From NCBI GenBank assembly GCA_965202585.1, contig OZ241827.1, positions 22,444,001 to 22,508,000 of the forward strand: 64,000 bases of DNA, in the 5' to 3' direction. Positions 51,901 to 64,000 of this stretch are shown here, piece after piece. The notes beneath the pieces were generated by a model. It saw nothing but the letters and a program-made list of their open reading frames with translations. It did not search any database and had not been told where the DNA came from. How positions within the stretch are numbered: position 1 is the first letter of the stretch; every line of letters begins with the position of its first letter. A program made the translations under genes and the position numbers. Source of the stretch: Thalia democratica (lineage: Eukaryota).

Positions 51901-54900
51901 TCGGAGTTTGATGAGAAATTCTGTAGAATAAATCAGCATTATACGTGAGTTTCAATGTAACTATCTACTAAAGATGTTTAACAATATCAAAATTAACTAA
52001 GTTTATACAAATTATTTGTATACATTTTTCAACACATACACGTGTTTTTGGCTTGATGCTGTTTGTCTAAGCCCTAAGGCTTCCCCAGAATAATCAGAAT
52101 TGTTTATATAAATAACACAACAATATAATTTAACTTTAATAATAGATTTAAACAGTACTATTTCTTTATTAAGCTAACACATGTTTCTGTGTGTAAACTT
52201 GTTAACTCACGAAACATGAGTTAGCTTAATAAAAAAAGAGTACTGTTTAATTTTGCTAACTTAACCCACTGAACTTGTTTCGCTAGCATCTCTATTAGCA
52301 AACAAATAAATTTAAAGCTTTGAATAGTTAATTTGTTTTAGAACAAATTTATAAACACCAAACATTCTAAACAAAATAAAGTTACTAATTTTTTCACGTA
52401 TAAGTTTCTATAACACATTTCAAAACCAAAACAATTAACAGTTGTTTGACCAAACCGGACAATAATGAGTACAATACCCTTGTAAAAATTAAAAAAGAGC
52501 AGCTTTGCGACGGTGTTATCGACTGCTTCTACAAAGACGACGAATGCTACTACGACTGTTTGCACGAATTGCGGCTGAGAAACTCATCGATTTATCAAAA
52601 CCAGTTTTCAATGTGCTATGGAAAAAGTTTCAACTACACGTGCGAAGTTGACAGGGAATATACGAGAGATTTACCGAACGGGTCAAATATAACGGACTTT
52701 AAAGAAGATTTTATGTGCGACGGGTCACTATTGTGCAAAGGAAAATTGGATGAACTAGAAGAGCACTGCCCGTGGAGATTTTACTGTGAAGACACGGAAA
52801 AGATTAATTCAAGATCACAAAAACAAAACTTTCTTAAATATATTATAAATCCGCAGGCTAAAACACCAATTATTAGTTCAGATAAAATTAGCTTGAGTGC
52901 TGGGAAAAGGTGCGATGGCTCACAAGATTGCTTCAATAACAAAGATGAGCTTAATTGCGAGAACGATGAAGATATAGTAGTTTGCAGCAAAAATAAAACA
53001 TTGGAAAACTTATCGAAATTCGACGGAACTAGAGAATGCGATAACGGAAAGGATGAGTGCGAAATTACTGCCTTTTCAGACTCTAGAGAACTGATAAAGT
53101 ACACGTTTCTGAAAGTTCTCATTTACATTAACGGTTTTTTAACAATTTTCTGCAACTTTTGCGTAATATCAAACTACCTGCGTAAATCTTCGAAAAGCAG
53201 TGCGAGTCACAAACACACTGTCACCTACTTCAATAGACTGCTGGTGACAAACTTGGCTGTTGCCGATTTTGCGATGGGAATCGCCCTCATGATAGTCGCC
53301 TTCAAGTCAACAGAGTACTCTAGAATTTTTTGCGAGAAAAATCCCGAATGGCGGGCGAGTTACGGTTGTACTTGGGTCGGAATTCTGGTGACTGTTTCGT
53401 CACAGGCCTCTTTAAACTTTATTCTGCTGCTGACCTTGTACAGGACTTACACTTCGCTAAATCCTTTCAACGTTAACAAGTTGAGCTTGCCAATGTGTTA
53501 CGCTTTCATATTTTTCATGTGGTTCTTGTCCATTTGTTTTGCCATTGTGCCCATAGCTTTTAAAGACGTTTTTGCAGAAGATTATGTTATAATAAAAACA
53601 AGATTCTTTTCAAACAGAATGGTCAACAAAAGTGTTATTGAAGACTACAAATCAAAGACAATTGAGTTTGCTTTAAACTCAATCAAAAACTATGGCAATA
53701 TGTCTAGAGCAGATATTAATGACTTCTTTTTTGAAACGAACCAATCTTCAAACCGTTTTCCTCAAAGGCAGTTGGAAATAAAGAACATTTTAGGCTACTA
53801 TGGAGCAACAAGCGTTTGTTTTCCTGATTTGTACGCTCAAGAGGCACCCAACATGTATTTTTCTACAATCACGTTGACCTACAATCTCATTGTAATGACT
53901 GTCATCATCTTTTGCTACTTTGTAATTTACCGAAGGTCTAAAAGCGAAAAACCGACGGAGTTTCAGGAAAAAGAAGAAAAGGCTTTGAGGTGGGTTTGAT
54001 GTTTTTAATATTTAATTTTTACTTAGCAGCATTCTTTTTATTGAAGATAAGTTTTATAAGTCTTCACCGCTTTTATCAATAAGGCAATGATTCAAATAGG
54101 TCGTGACATCAACCTTTTTACTTAAAACATAGGGATATTGTTTTTTAAACAACTTGTCATAAAGTCAAATACGTCTAAATTGTATTATAATGTTAATAAT
54201 ATTTTAAATTTCTAATTTTTTTACTGTGAAAGTCAAATATAAGCTTATAACCTGTTTTCAGTCGGCTTTAAGCATATTTAAGCAATCATCGTAAAATATT
54301 ATACTAATATTTTTCTACTAATATGTTTTATAGTAATCAATATTATATAACATTTGATTTCTAATTTACTAACTGATTTATGCATTGCAGTTTTTTGCAC
54401 AAAAGTTTAATACTGGTTACTACAAGGTTTAGCACGTTTTTGTAAAATAGTAAGTAGTTAAGCTTTTTACAGTGTTTTATGACTATTTATACTTGGGATT
54501 GTTTTTTTTTTTTTTTAATAAAATATTTTTTAAAACTTTTTAAACTACTAGTCTGTTCAAATTTGTACTATCGCATAAAATTTATTAACTATTTGTTTTT
54601 GCCTTATATTATGAACTAATTAAAACTTTATACAAGGTTTTTTTTACATTTATATTCTACGACCAAAAATAAGACTTAGTGTTCAAAAGAAAAATCTAAC
54701 CAATTTTTTTAGCAACAGTCTTACTTGTAAGTTTAAAAAAACTTATTCTTTTCAGATTGCGAATTTTTATAATAACATTAGTAGACAAGTTGTGTTGGAT
54801 TCCTGTTTTTATATTGTTTTTCCTTGTAAGAACAAATTCCAGCGAAGCATTGCACGACTTTGCTCACAACCTCACACTAATTGTACTCATACCAATACAA

Positions 54901-56095
54901 AGTGCTATCAATCCCATTGTTTATTCAAGATTCGATAGGTAAAAATTTACATGCATACAGAATATAACTTAAGTAAAGGGTACTAGTTTAATTGAAACTA
55001 TTTGAAAAAAAAAACTTTTAACTTTTGAAAACAGTTTTAAACATTGCTGCAATTCTTACAATGACTGTGTTTTACATTAACAAATATCGTTTATGATAGT
55101 AAACTGTATCTATTTTCAGTGTAAAATATTTCTAAACGATTTATACATGCTCAAAAAATGTATTTTTCAAGACTTGAAATTTTATTTTATTATGATTGTA
55201 CTTTATTCAAAAGTTAATAATTGTTTTTTTAATTACAACATAAGTAAACAGATTTGTTATTGTATTTATGTTTAGTATAAAACCTACAGATAAATAAACT
55301 ATTAAGATATTTAAACTATTTTTCCATACATAAAGGTATTAGACTAAACTTAATTGCTCTTATCTTTAATTCGAAATGTATTATTATAATCTGTATTTTT
55401 TTAATATTTAGCATAAACTTATTTTTCTTAAAATGTTTTTGTCAAGCTACATAAAAGTAGTTTAGATGTAAAACTATGATAAGTAATGGTGTTTAGTGTA
55501 TTTATCTTTAGAAATTTAAAAATGATTGTTTATCATTAAACATATAAGCATAAAAACTGCAGTTAAAATATATAAGTTATTTTTAAATAAAGTACAGCAG
55601 CAATTGTTGTAAAATTAAAAAACCCAAAATCATGTAACAAAAAAGCATGATTATTGCTAAAACGTGGTTTATTAAGCTAAATTTAAATTATTATACTTTT
55701 TGGAATTTTTTTAGACCTTAATACATATTTTTGCATTACTTACATTTGTTCTATTTTCTTTTTTATTTACCAAAAAAAAAAACATTAATATAATCACTTA
55801 ATAACTATAATTAAAATCTTAAAAGCTTTTAGATAAAAAAAAATTAAGTGTCGTACCATTTTATATCTAAAAAGCACTTAGACTTGAAATTTTTCGACAA
55901 AAACAAAATTGTTAGACATTTAAACAAATTCGCAGGTTTTTGATAGAATGGATGACGTGCGCCAAACAGCAAGCCCGAAATTTGTCGCTGAAACGTAGAG
56001 AGAAATTGAATGTTGAGAAGCGTCGCATAGATGAAAAAACTCAGTATAAAGCCAACATTATATCGCAAACAGAAATCAGCGAAAGCGGCCTGTAG
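48961..56095 (+). CDS. LDLa-repeat class A GPCR without LRRs, copy 2; about 1135 aa
   Basis: Exons 48961-49084, 49248-49443, 49876-50053, 50706-51100, 51321-51944, 52442-53989, 54756-54938, 55936-56095. All are phase-consistent (3408 nt). Same architecture as copy 1, with NPIVY in TM7. Confidence 0.88.
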
Positions 56096-58587
56096 TTTTT
56101 AAAATGTTTACCTCCTCGCGAAAGTCTGATAACTTCTTAAAACTTTGAACGTTGTTAACTGTAAAAGATATTAAAACTTTAGTTTTACTCCAGCTTATTT
56201 TTAAACTGTGCAACTTTGTTTGTCTTTTTTGAAAACAATCATACTTTTACACAAATGTATAAGTTTATATAATTTTTTGTTAAGCCGACTATGATTTAAT
56301 GCTATTGTTTTTAGACTTTATTTTAAAGTTTTTTCTCGTAATTACTTGTCTTCTTGTGTTAAAATAAAAAAATGTTTTTCACATAAAACTTTAATGAGTA
56401 AATTCTAATTAAAACTTCATTATTGAATACATATATAACTAAAGTTTTAAATTATGCTAATTATTAAAGTCGTTTACCTTAAACTTTTATATATTAAATC
56501 TGTTTTGTATAAAACGTTTTTCCACAAAGTTCATAAAAACTTTTAGCTTATCAATTTAAAAAAATACACATGATTAAAACTAATCGTTTTACTGCTTGTT
56601 ATGCAAATAATCCTTTTTAATATATATTTTAAGTTTTTAATACATTTTTGTTTATTTTGAAATTCAAAACATACTAATACTTTGAAAGTATTTTACAGTA
56701 AATTCTAGTTGAACACGGCTAAACTGTTACGTAATGAAGAAATTTAGTAATAAATTTTAATAAATAGACTACAAAAAACAATTAATTGAGTTGTTAAAAA
56801 AGTTCCTTTGTGTTTTTCTTTCTACTATGTTTGTACATAACAACTAACTAAATGAAGTGTTCCTTTTTAATTGGAACGCTTAATTATGTATTAAAGTTAT
56901 TTTGCAAAATATTTGTAACTTACACACCACATAAACAAACCGTAGTTAAGTAAAACTAACTTAAAATTAAATTTAAAACAAGTTTTTTGATTTTAGATTA
57001 TGAAATTGTTAAATTATTTTAAAATAATGTTTTTCAAGAAATTTAGGAAAAAAATAAAAAAGCCTTGAGGTAAAATTTATATTTATTGTTTATGTATAAA
57101 AGTAGTGAAATTGTTATGCAGTTTTATCTTCTTTACTTTAAAAAAAAGATAACTACTTTCCATAACTGTAAAGTTTAAGTTTTAGTAACAAATAATCTAC
57201 TTTTAGATTACACTTCAAGCATAGCGCTATTGGTTATTTTCTAAGATAACTTAAAGCAACTTTTATAACGTGATTATATAGTAAATGTATTTTATTTTTT
57301 GAGATTTGATGAAAACAAGATACCTTGACTTAAAAACTGCTTATTTATGTTTTTTTATATACAAATACTCAAACGCAGCGATTTTTATTTCATATTCAAA
57401 CTTACAGTCACGCATTATTGTTTTGTACTAAAATTTAATATACATTAATTATTTTAATTATGAATAAAAATATTAATTATATTTAAAATATCAAGTTAAA
57501 AGTAACTTTTCACTTTAAACAATTAGCCTCATGACATTGTTTTTGTTTAAGTTTTGATTTTTTAGGCAGTGTATCCAACAAATTTAACTTTTATCTTTAT
57601 TTTTAGTATTGGGTCAGTTATTAAAACTTTACTTTAATCTTCACTAATTTTTTTTTATAATGCTACTGTTTTGTCAAAGGTTGTTAATTAAATTTTTATT
57701 GTTTAGAAAGCGTTTTGTTAAAGCTGAGTTCCTTAAAGACGTTAAGAATCCGATTATTATTTTGGAGTTTTTAACTATAAAGTTTTAACTATAGGATTTT
57801 TTAATGCGGATACTTTATTAAGCTAAGGTGCAAATGATAAACTAGATCTATTTGTAAACTTACCAACCTAAAAAAATAAATAAACTCTACTAGCTTACTT
57901 TTATGCATACGTTTAAATATAAAAGTTTTTAATACAAAAATTTAATCATCCTATAGTTTTAAAACAAGTTTAAAATTATTGAAATAAAAGTTTATATCTA
58001 AAATTTATTATCGACACTTTCACAGTTTTCAAACGTGTATAAAAATAGTTCTTTATTTAGTTTTTTGTTTTTTAATTTAAGATCTAATGCCTATTGTTTT
58101 AATTTTAGTTTTTAGTTAACATTTAAATTAGATGTCCTATTTTTCCTCCAATCTAATGCCTAGACTTAGTAGTCACTTTCCGAGAGGTTTATCAAGACTT
58201 GTCGGTCAAATTTGTACAAAACATAAATTAATAGGTTACTCGGTAATAATTCAAAACTATGCGATAATTACAAAGAAACGCGAAAATGTCAATAAATTTA
58301 CTTTAAAACTAACAACTACAAAATTTTAAAGATTTTAAAGGCTTTAAGACAAAATTTTTAAAGTCATTATGCAAAAATAAGGTTATTAGATTTGTTATAT
58401 TTGAATAAAAGTTTAGTAACAAACGAAGTTATAGTTTAAGGCAAGCAAATGCAAAAACTTTCCACTATTTTTTGCAAATAAATTGTGCAAATTGTAAGAT
58501 AATAATCTTAAACAAGCTATACTATACGTATCTTTAAATATTAAAATTTTGCTTAAAACACCTATATGTTTAGATTTTAAATAAACA

Positions 58588-59595
58588 ATGAACAACCCAA
58601 AAGAGCTGAAAACCTTACCATTTCCCTACTTCAGCAAGTGGAAAGACAAAAGCTCCAAAAACACCGCTTTCACGGTCGAGTGGCTGCGGCCGTACCAAAT
58701 ATGCAAAAATCCCCTGTTCTACTCAAAACACGGCCCGAGCCGCAACGACGTCATACAGGGCTTCATCGGCGACTGCTGGGTCGTCGGGCCCATCTCGAAC
58801 CTGGCGTCCAATCACGAAATGCTGAACAAGGTCGTACCTTGCGGGCAGGGCTTCGAAAGGGGCAAGTACGACGGAACCTTTCACTTCAGGTTCCACTCCT
58901 TGACCGGTTGGAAGGACGTCTACATAGACGACATCCTGCCCACAATCAACAGGAAACTGATGTTCGCCCACTCGAAGCGGCACGACGTCTTCTGGGCGCC
59001 GCTGCTCGAGAAGGCCTACGTCAAGTTCGTCGGCTGCTACGAGAACGTTAACAGGGGCGGCGTGTCGTCGGTGACCAACTACCACTTCACCGGCCTGCAC
59101 TCTCGGAGCTTGAGCCTGAGAAAAACTTTGTGGCTGAAGCCCGACCCGTTCAGAGTGCTGCAAGTCCTCGAGCTGAGCTTCGAGTCCAAGTCGTTGCTGT
59201 CGTGCTCCCCCAAGCGCAAGCACAGAGCCGTGGGGAACGTTTTGTTCCAGCACGACCACGTGTACAACGTGACGGGGCTGAAGTTGCGCAGGAGCGACCC
59301 GCTCAAATCCAAAGTGAGGGTCAAGTCCCTGCAGGGGAACATCACCCGGCTCGAGAAGCAGCCGGTCGTGAAAAGCAACAGCAAAGGGGTGTGTAAAGTG
59401 AAACGTGGCAACAGAGCGACGTACTTGGACTGCCAAAAAGGCGATGAGTTTTACATTTCTTTCAAGTGTTTCGTGGATCTGATGGACTCGGTGAAGATAT
59501 GCGGAAATGAGGGCAAGGGAGTGTCGTTCTGCGACAAGTACCTGAACTATGGCCTGATCGCCATTCAAAACATTTTCATCAGAACTTACCTTTGA
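58588..59595 (+). CDS. Intronless calpain-like protein, catalytic (CysPc) domain only (335 aa)
   Basis: WLRP..I...P, QGFIGDCW (catalytic Cys), YIDDILPT, FWAPLLEKAYVK, DHVYNV (catalytic His), EFYISF. The canonical RNPWG reads KSLQG. Confidence 0.85.
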   Translation: MNNPKELKTLPFPYFSKWKDKSSKNTAFTVEWLRPYQICKNPLFYSKHGPSRNDVIQGFIGDCWVVGPISNLASNHEMLNKVVPCGQGFERGKYDGTFHFRFHSLTGWKDVYIDDILPTINRKLMFAHSKRHDVFWAPLLEKAYVKFVGCYENVNRGGVSSVTNYHFTGLHSRSLSLRKTLWLKPDPFRVLQVLELSFESKSLLSCSPKRKHRAVGNVLFQHDHVYNVTGLKLRRSDPLKSKVRVKSLQGNITRLEKQPVVKSNSKGVCKVKRGNRATYLDCQKGDEFYISFKCFVDLMDSVKICGNEGKGVSFCDKYLNYGLIAIQNIFIRTYL

Positions 59596-62500
59596 TACAC
59601 TACCTCTCAATTTTGATTTGTTTCCATTAAAACGATTAAAGAACTTGCTTCGTTTTTTAATATTTTACAACTTGTAATTTCAAAGTTTGATAAGTATTTT
59701 TTAGTGGCTTGCTATCACAAAATTTACAAAGTAAAGTTAGAGTATTAGTAATTTTTTTTAGTCAATTCTAGTATTTAAAATGTACTTATGATATACCAAC
59801 TAATATACTAAATTTATATGCATTAAACTTGTGATGTCAAACATAAAATATCAGTTTAATTAACCTTTAAAACATAAATGTATACAGTAAAACTTTGAAA
59901 GAAAATTTACCTTAAAAAACAAAACTATTTATCTACGAAAAATAAAATTACTTGCTTTATTTTATTTAAACTACTGTAACTTATTTAGAGAACTTTTTAA
60001 TGAGACAACTTAATATCAATTATTTAACATAAGTAAGGCAAAAAACAGCTTAGGTTTTTTATAATCAGCAAAGTTTAAAATAGTATTTACTAATTAAGTT
60101 TTTAAATTTTATGAATTGAAATATTTAGTGTCTTATCTATGCAAGATAATCATAATGTGATTATCGTTTTCAATGCGCTTTATTAAAACATATATTTAAG
60201 TTATTTTGTATTATAGTATTTTCGTTGTTTTAAACTAGTTTTAGGTTAGATCAATTTGTGTAAGTTTAATACTAAGAGCTTTAAAAAATTTTATATTTCA
60301 TATGTTTACATTACAATATTGTTTACATACAAACTTGTATTTTTTGCGCACTCATTTATACATTTTTTTGTAGTTTTAACCTTTATAAAAATAACTTAAA
60401 CATTTATGCTAGATTGTCTTGATTAAAGAGCACTTGAACTTATACTTAAAATTTTTTTTTATAGATTTTTAAGTTCAGATTTTCTTTTTTTATATCATTT
60501 TCAAACAACTTATGCTACAACAACTAGTTTTTTCAAGTTTCATATAAAATTCTAAGTTGATAATCACTCAAAACCTTTTCTTTTAAAAATCACAGCTTAA
60601 ACTGCCAATTTTTTTAAAACTTAATAGTTTTTAATAAATATGTGCTTTTGTTTTCTAACTTATTAGCAGTTTCGAACTTTAAAGTGTTTATTGCGTTAAC
60701 ATAATAATCATGAGCACTAACTTTTTTGTTGCAATAGCCGTAAACTGTAGTTTAAACTGAACAATTATTTATAAATTATATGCCAGTGCAGCAAGTTTAA
60801 ATAATTGTTAGTTTAAAATTTATGCGCACAAAACAGCTTAAAATAAAATTTAAAAAAACAACATTTCGACAACTTGTCTTACCAAACTAAGTTTGAAACA
60901 TACCCAAATCATTTATACATTTAGTTATTTAGATAATACTAAAATGAAAAAGACATCATACAAATAGCTTGTCTAGCTTACACTAAACTAAACTAACAAT
61001 AGCTTTCACTACAATTTTTTAGTTACACTAATCCGAACATTGAAACAAAAGTATATTTGCTTCTCTACCCGAATTTAGAACATAAGTTGTTATAGAAATA
61101 AAATATGATTATTGAGCAGTTTATGAAGTAGTAGTTTAATTAGTTTTATCTTAACATACTTTTTCCGTATTGTATTCCTTTGATTGTATTTTTACGACAC
61201 TTGTTTTACAAAGAAAAACTTAAAGGTCATAAATATTTTCTAGTAAATATTAAGATATAATTTTGTAAACTCTATTAATAGAAGAAATGCTCTTCGAACA
61301 AATTTTAACTTTAAAAAATAGCATTTAAAAAAAGTAAGATCGAACTTACATACCGACGCTTTGCATTTATCAACGATTTTTTGTAAATGAACATAAAAAT
61401 ACAAACTTTAAGCTTTTTATTTTAATTTTTTAAACTACTATAAAAAGCCAATTTGTTATAGAGACTTAATATAAAATAGATAGAAATATGAAAATATAAA
61501 ACTATTTTTCAACAAATATTTTGGTCAGTGTTTAGCAAAACTTATACATTCTTTTTACATAAATGTCAAATCTTTTATTATCTTAGCTCGTACTTTTAAA
61601 TTTAGCGCATAAAATTTATCAAGTAAGTCTGCAAAACAGGTGAGACTCAGCAAAAAATATATACTGTAAAAAACTTACAAAAACACTTAAGTGCTAGAAA
61701 ACATACTAACGTGTTAAATGAAGTTTAATTAAACATATACATTTGTTTATTCAAACATTGGTATAAGGAAAAAGAGACATTAGCTGTTGAATTGATTACT
61801 AAGTATTTATCTTTTTTCGAATTTGCAGTATTCTAAGCCTAAATGTATTGAATTAAAACAAATAGCAGAAAATAAAGGTTATAAAATATAAGTTAAAAAA
61901 ACATGTCACTTTTAAGAGCTTTATTATTTTATAGGAATGGTTACGAGGTAAATCAAATAATAATAGATACACTTTTGATTATTAAATGGATAAACTTAAG
62001 CAATATTTCATTTTGTTTTTAAAAAAGAACTATAATTCTAGTAGTTTCAAGTTTAAATAAAACTATAGTACTACAATCATATTGTTGTACTATGTAGTTG
62101 TTATGTTTAGTAAGAAACTTCATTTTAGTTTATTATATTTTTATTTTTTGGCCTAGTTTTCATTCTGATACTTTTAAAAAGACATTTTTTAAACCTTACC
62201 ATAACTTTTGATCAATCATTAAATTTATTCATCTATTTTAATATGGTCATATAGTCAGTAATCAAAAATTACAGTCTATTCATTTAAGTTATTTCAAATT
62301 AAAACTTATTATGATGTTCAGCACTTGAAAATCATTACTACAAATTGGCTATGTTGATGATTGTGTAATAAAATTATATATGTAAAACTTATAAATTCAA
62401 AAACTTTTAATCATTTACTTCATAATTTAAAAAGTTGCAGAATTGGTACTTTAAAGCATAATGTAATTAAAGTTTTTGTGTTAAGGCATGATTTTTAGTA

Positions 62501-63066
62501 TTTGTTTTCAGTAAAGTTTAGTAGTGAGCAAGCACTGTTTAAGTTTTCTTTGTATGATTAAAAACTTATACAGTTTTTTGTTTTTCATTTTTTAAACTTT
62601 CATGTAGTTAGATTCAGCATAGTTTCTAAATGATTAATGTTTATTAAATCAATTAAACAGTTCAATTTAGCTAAAATGAAACTTAAACTTGATCTACTTA
62701 AACAGAAGAACTTAAAATCTATGTTTTTTTTTTTAAATATTAAATTTATTAGAAAACCTGCTAAAGTTAACTCTTTTTGGTTTCTATAATTTAAAGGTTA
62801 TTTTACCAAATGACAATAGCTTAAAACAATCTAAACTCTGTCTATGTTTAACAAGTAATTTGAATTTATTTACGAAGCAACACTAGTGAATTTTAAATTC
62901 TGGTACATTAAAACTTTAAGGCTAATTATATATATTAATAAAGATTATAGTATATAAAGAACCATCACTAACTAAGCAAAGTTTTTAGATAGAAATAAAT
63001 AATATTTTAACAAGACTTTAAAGCTTTTAATTTTATTTTAATAAATTTCAGTTGTAAAATTTTATC

Positions 63067-64000
63067 ATGAGCATTTCTCTCGGTCATTTACTAGGTGAAG
63101 ACAACCAAAAGCTGCCAGATGCTTCTAGGGCCGCTTCGGGTGACTTAATCGCGGGTCCCTCACCCGTCAACCGCACTTACCTCCCGCCATACAAAGTGCA
63201 CGTCAGCTACATCCCGACCAAGCCTCAGCTTTACGAGGTGGAGAAGTTCTTCAAACCTGCCGAAGTCGTGAGCAGCACTTTCACCAAGGTCAAGAAGAGG
63301 TTCTACGGCGTTGTCGAGCTCAAAACGCTCAGGGATTTCCGGCTGGCTCTGGCCCGCAACGGGTCGACTTTTTGCGGTAGGAAGGTGAACGTTCAGGTGT
63401 CCAAAGACACTGTTGTAAAGTTGCTGGAGCCTGAGTCCAGCAGGCCTGCTTGTCCGAGTACAGTTGTTAGAAAGGGACCGTTTGTGTCTAAACAGACCGA
63501 TGGTGAAGGAGACTGTTCCGAAAAATGCAATAAAGCTGTTTCTGATCCTCCGAAGCTTTCATGGGCTGACGAGGTACCACCGCAAGAAGATGGCAGTTGT
63601 TTTGATGCAACTGAGGATAAAGTTCACGCCAGCCCTCGACGCTTCAACTTCATAAGCGCCAAGCTCTTTTCTCCTGACGACCTCGCGAAAGTTTCCAACA
63701 GGCCGCCTTTCCGCGCCTTCGTCGGCAACATCGCCTACTGGGTGGACGAGCAGATGCTGGCCAAGTTCTTCAAACCCGCCGTCGTGACAAACATCACTTT
63801 CATGTTCAAGAACGACAAGCCAAAGGACTGCGCCACGGTCGAGTTCGAGTACGTCGAGGACTACGTGGTGGCGCTGAAGAAGAACGGGAGGAGGTTCGAG
63901 AAGAAGGCAATGAGGGTGGAGGTCGCCGGCAGGTCGAACAGCAACCAGGTCCGGAACCCCTTCGCCACGTACGGCAGCGACGGAAACTGGAGGAAAAAAC
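63067..64000 (+). CDS. EIF4B: Intronless eIF4B-like protein with two RRMs, 3'-partial (runs off the window)
   Basis: Open frame from ATG 63067 to the window end, missed by the ORF track because it has no stop. MSISLGHLLGED, LSWADEV, NRPPFRAFVGNIAY...VEF...ALKKNG...MRVEVA and SDGNWRKK match recalled eIF4B motifs (TISLTDFLAED, SWADE, PPYTAFLGNLPY, TDTDWR). Confidence 0.7.
   Translation, partial: MSISLGHLLGEDNQKLPDASRAASGDLIAGPSPVNRTYLPPYKVHVSYIPTKPQLYEVEKFFKPAEVVSSTFTKVKKRFYGVVELKTLRDFRLALARNGSTFCGRKVNVQVSKDTVVKLLEPESSRPACPSTVVRKGPFVSKQTDGEGDCSEKCNKAVSDPPKLSWADEVPPQEDGSCFDATEDKVHASPRRFNFISAKLFSPDDLAKVSNRPPFRAFVGNIAYWVDEQMLAKFFKPAVVTNITFMFKNDKPKDCATVEFEYVEDYVVALKKNGRRFEKKAMRVEVAGRSNSNQVRNPFATYGSDGNWRKK

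Noticed and set aside
58638-59610. 295-aa antisense ORF and off-frame ORFs over the calpain gene
   Set aside because: High GC3 suppresses antisense stops, and there are no protein-like motifs.
63464-63655. 63-aa plus-strand ORF from the track
   Set aside because: Off-frame within the longer eIF4B-like ORF starting at 63067.
1-64000. CRISPR arrays, rRNA, prokaryotic operons or autonomous transposase/RT genes
   Set aside because: None seen. The window is spliced eukaryotic DNA with only non-autonomous elements.

Overview
Very AT-rich, intron-containing animal genomic DNA, most likely an ascidian tunicate. That assignment is inferred from the LDLa-repeat GPCRs lacking LRRs and from splice acceptors just 5' of most start codons. 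Gene models were assembled by hand from GT/AG junctions with reading-phase checks. Contents in order: a 13-exon SAND+SAM gene (SAMD11-like, minus) with RFX X-box clusters; an intronless two-RRM gene; a Shisa-like pseudogene fragment; LDLa-7TM GPCR copy 1 (minus); a secreted sushi + C-type lectin gene; an orphan with a 2x internal repeat; a two-exon coiled-coil orphan head-to-head with an intact Shisa-like (Cys-rich/TM/PPxY) gene; LDLa-7TM GPCR copy 2 (plus); an intronless catalytic-domain-only calpain lacking the triad Asn; and an intronless eIF4B-like gene with an extra RRM that runs off the window. Several hAT and MULE-like MITEs with target-site duplications are interspersed. Most notable: the permuted GPCR/Shisa-like duplication, the two-RRM eIF4B, the Cys-His calpain, the repeat orphan, and a possible alternative SAM terminal exon. 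Family assignments rest on recalled motifs, not on database searches.
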